Assembly (NCBI GenBank): GCA_016618085.1
Contig: JABLTG010000188.1
Coordinates: 1 to 35,135 of the forward strand
DNA: 35,135 nucleotides
Source of the DNA: Neovahlkampfia damariscottae
Lineage: Eukaryota
Direction: 5' to 3'
In this document: in pieces, positions 33,801-35,135 of the stretch
Position numbering within the stretch: position 1 is the stretch's first letter
Layout: each line of letters opens with the position of its first letter
Program-made: the position numbers and the translations under genes
Notes under the pieces: model-generated
Databases searched by the model: none
Told to the model about the DNA's origin: nothing
The model's input: only the letters and a program-made list of their open reading frames with translations

Positions 33801-35135
33801 ATTTTAGCAGGTTTATACACTTCAAAATTTGGAATAATAAATTCAATTGAATTTGAATCAAAATTTTGAGCTGTTCCTGAGTATAAAAAGAATTCACTTT
33901 CTAATTTAACAATTGTAGATTCATTTAAATTCATACCAGACAATCTTAGTGTTGTGTTTTGAAAAGAAAAAGTTGTATCAAACAAATTGAACCCATTGTT
34001 CACAGTTATTGAGTCAAATGTAAAATCATCAAGCAATTGAATTTGATTTGAAATTAAGAAATAGTTAGATCCTCCATTGAAAGAAATTTCAATGGAATTT
34101 CCAAGACTTATTGTAAGAAGAACTGATTTTGTGATTTTTGAGAATATAAAACCAATTCTATCATCAAACACTTCCATTTTTGATGCATGCATTATTTTCC
34201 CGTCAAAAATCCCGCGAATTCTGATGTAATTCTTGAACTTGCTAAATCCATTGCCACCTAAATAAATCATATTTTGCATATTTCTGGATATCTTTGTTGT
34301 TGGAATTTGAACTGATGGTTGACTGAGAACAGAGATCTCATTAACAACCAAAGGAATATAATATCTTGTTTCTAAGTCATCAATCAATTCAATTGAGTAT
34401 TTTGTATCATCTGATGGTTCATTACCACATACACAAGAAGTCATGTTGTCATTGCAATTGAATTTCAATATTTGTGAATTTGATCTAAATTGCATTGAGA
34501 TTCTTCGTCCTTGTAAATGTAAACTTGGAAAATTAACGAATGAAAATTTGATTGTTTCACCAGCTATTAAAATTTTAGGACTGAAATCTACCATATCAAA
34601 TCCATTAAATCGAATAGATTGAGATCCAAAATAATATGATCCTCCATCCAAAGAAATATCAATGTTCAATATTCTTGGATAAAATACATTGTATTCTCCC
34701 AAATGAGGAGCAGTACAATGAACTTTTCCATTTTCAATCCTTCCAATTTTGATTTCATTGATTAATTGATCTCTAAATCTGACATAACATGAGTTTGTTG
34801 GTAGTATAACTCCACTCGGTATTTCAATTGAAAATGAAACTTCAGTGACATTTGAATTTAATACAACGTTTGGGGAAACTGTATTTTCAGTCAAAGAAAT
34901 CGCTTTTTCACTGTTAATATCTGTTGTTATCAAATACAGCATTTTGTCCAAAGTTTCGAAATTGTTACCATCAATTGAAAGTTGTAAAGTGATGTATTTT
35001 GCAATAATTGCTGAATTTTTTGAAATTGGACATGAAATCAAATTCCATTTTTCTATTGTGCAATCTACAGTTTCTCCTAATTCAACGTATTTGATTTTGT
35101 AATTTGTATGACTGTTAAACAAAAAAGAAGAACTT
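30869..35135 (-). CDS. Large receptor-like membrane protein (IPT/TIG-like repeats, Cys-rich repeats, multi-TM region, cytoplasmic tail); 5' end outside window
   Basis: Open frame of more than 1417 aa. Repeated ISxDG/NGG strand motifs, CEPCPLGQF/CTNCPVNTY/CSSCP repeats, C..GY.G.RCGRC.DGYY, then roughly 8-10 hydrophobic helices. Confidence 0.8.
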   Translation of the reverse strand, partial: SSSFLFNSHTNYKIKYVELGETVDCTIEKWNLISCPISKNSAIIAKYITLQLSIDGNNFETLDKMLYLITTDINSEKAISLTENTVSPNVVLNSNVTEVSFSIEIPSGVILPTNSCYVRFRDQLINEIKIGRIENGKVHCTAPHLGEYNVFYPRILNIDISLDGGSYYFGSQSIRFNGFDMVDFSPKILIAGETIKFSFVNFPSLHLQGRRISMQFRSNSQILKFNCNDNMTSCVCGNEPSDDTKYSIELIDDLETRYYIPLVVNEISVLSQPSVQIPTTKISRNMQNMIYLGGNGFSKFKNYIRIRGIFDGKIMHASKMEVFDDRIGFIFSKITKSVLLTISLGNSIEISFNGGSNYFLISNQIQLLDDFTFDSITVNNGFNLFDTTFSFQNTTLRLSGMNLNESTIVKLESEFFLYSGTAQNFDSNSIEFIIPNFEVYKPAKITFSFPITATLGISLNDGIDFKKRSITIADKFSNLYLVSISPSVSERKTVNITMQGANLKEVSHCEFKDINSTLYYSIEIIKYDEILICPFIYESKYDFVNELYLNLKNRFNDSSETLIYYLTQNPMPEQIIPSFGDASGNYSVIITGLFDARFTEIYMKIGTINVEEPCRILNSTTSQCKVIANADVSIPFHISYNRIDWYSTTSNFTFIPCERGFGTESYQEKCEPCPLGQFKVNQAIEVCTNCPVNTYTDKLASTNCSSCPPKMKSPGSTTGLSSVNQCVCINNTMIHPITGVCIDCPQGAICHPENVTLPKSQKGWWFSKQDITIFYQCYPVERCLPDTPDNCTQGYVGLRCGRCQDGYYKSKLVCKKCNDAIVTSLTLVLFLIIIGLILVIAGLFLYITSTQMSQLTSISIVVAYWQIISTFNTLDINWPASVGITLSVASSTNFNFDFLAPECLFRVIGLTYNYYFLYFTNISLPFLFIIAIFGFYFLAVVRSIFASIIGFKISKCLRLKYQKPFESDEDSDDEVKKKSSLIQYIKRQIRWIINHFVLARNLIVWGIRQKSSKRDLKRLFSKVIGACLSFIVFFYLRIITTSFEIFGCDYQPNGVYTLKESPDINCFEGIWFLFLPMSLISILLFGVGAVIYFTILIIKYKKLEKSETFILINAFTLKKFKRKFFFWQLFDSFRKLAFSLLTVFFKPMFLITIGMAVIFSGMLLHVNYIPYRKKFHNVMQYFVLMSTLVTLFAGLLLFVIENNARAEVVIDPGLKSVLAIILPIITIVFIIGSNIVVVMMFLFDIYIRRKKTKKQKKRKQMDHRKELENEEKLSNIIDDLHGKHMDNKDFVPWETEHDFQFTVHFNQKSDEEDDSKSMNEILSNLFSFRRFIKKGKLIRKVGKKASTKVLGKLESEKSTKEKLRKKTLIKTPNGFNIRSDYPGNVTFISSVNRYKEKQRKDAVEVTEIENSQIISVKIPLE

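Noticed and set aside
1089..35102. Other short antisense or alternate-frame ORFs (for example 1551-1754, 5974-6342, 18674-18928, 31401-31610, 33645-33869, 34845-35102)
   Set aside because: They lie opposite or within well-supported genes and have no motifs.
1..35135. CRISPR arrays, prokaryotic defence operon, transposons, rRNA or tRNA genes
   Set aside because: No spaced direct repeats, transposase or RT motifs, or structured-RNA signatures were seen. Spliceosomal introns show the DNA is eukaryotic.

Overview
This is gene-dense, very AT-rich eukaryotic nuclear DNA in the standard genetic code, not a prokaryotic locus. About 21 protein genes can be reconstructed by hand. They contain 37 tiny GT-AG introns (29-45 nt), and the spacers between genes are often under 130 nt. 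This architecture and gene content suggest a free-living protist, possibly heterolobosean (inference only). In order, the genes are: OPA/SLC37-like MFS transporter, RRM protein (frameshifted), MacroD-type macrodomain protein, coiled-coil plus 7-blade RCC1 protein, HSL-family esterase, DUF1295 protein, microcephalin-like triple-BRCT protein, stand-alone ThiF/MoeB E1-like enzyme, divergent actin-like protein, small ankyrin protein, Lys2-type aminoadipate reductase, methionine synthase reductase-like diflavin, SAP-WGR PARP3-like enzyme, Stum/Spec3-like protein, DUSP23-like phosphatase, F-box/Zn protein, DUF167 protein, CCT-domain transcription factor, RWP-RK protein, homogentisate dioxygenase, and a large IPT/Cys-rich multi-TM receptor-like gene cut by the window end. 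The most striking observations are: (1) each RCC1 blade sits on its own exon, bounded by introns at the same position and phase; (2) a symmetric 15-nt micro-exon carries the macrodomain catalytic loop; (3) a CCAAT box lies next to almost every start codon, and every reconstructed gene stops at TAA; (4) a beta-sandwich-like domain is fused to a CCT (NF-YA-related) motif, tail-to-tail with an RWP-RK gene. All family calls come from motif recognition; no database searches were run.
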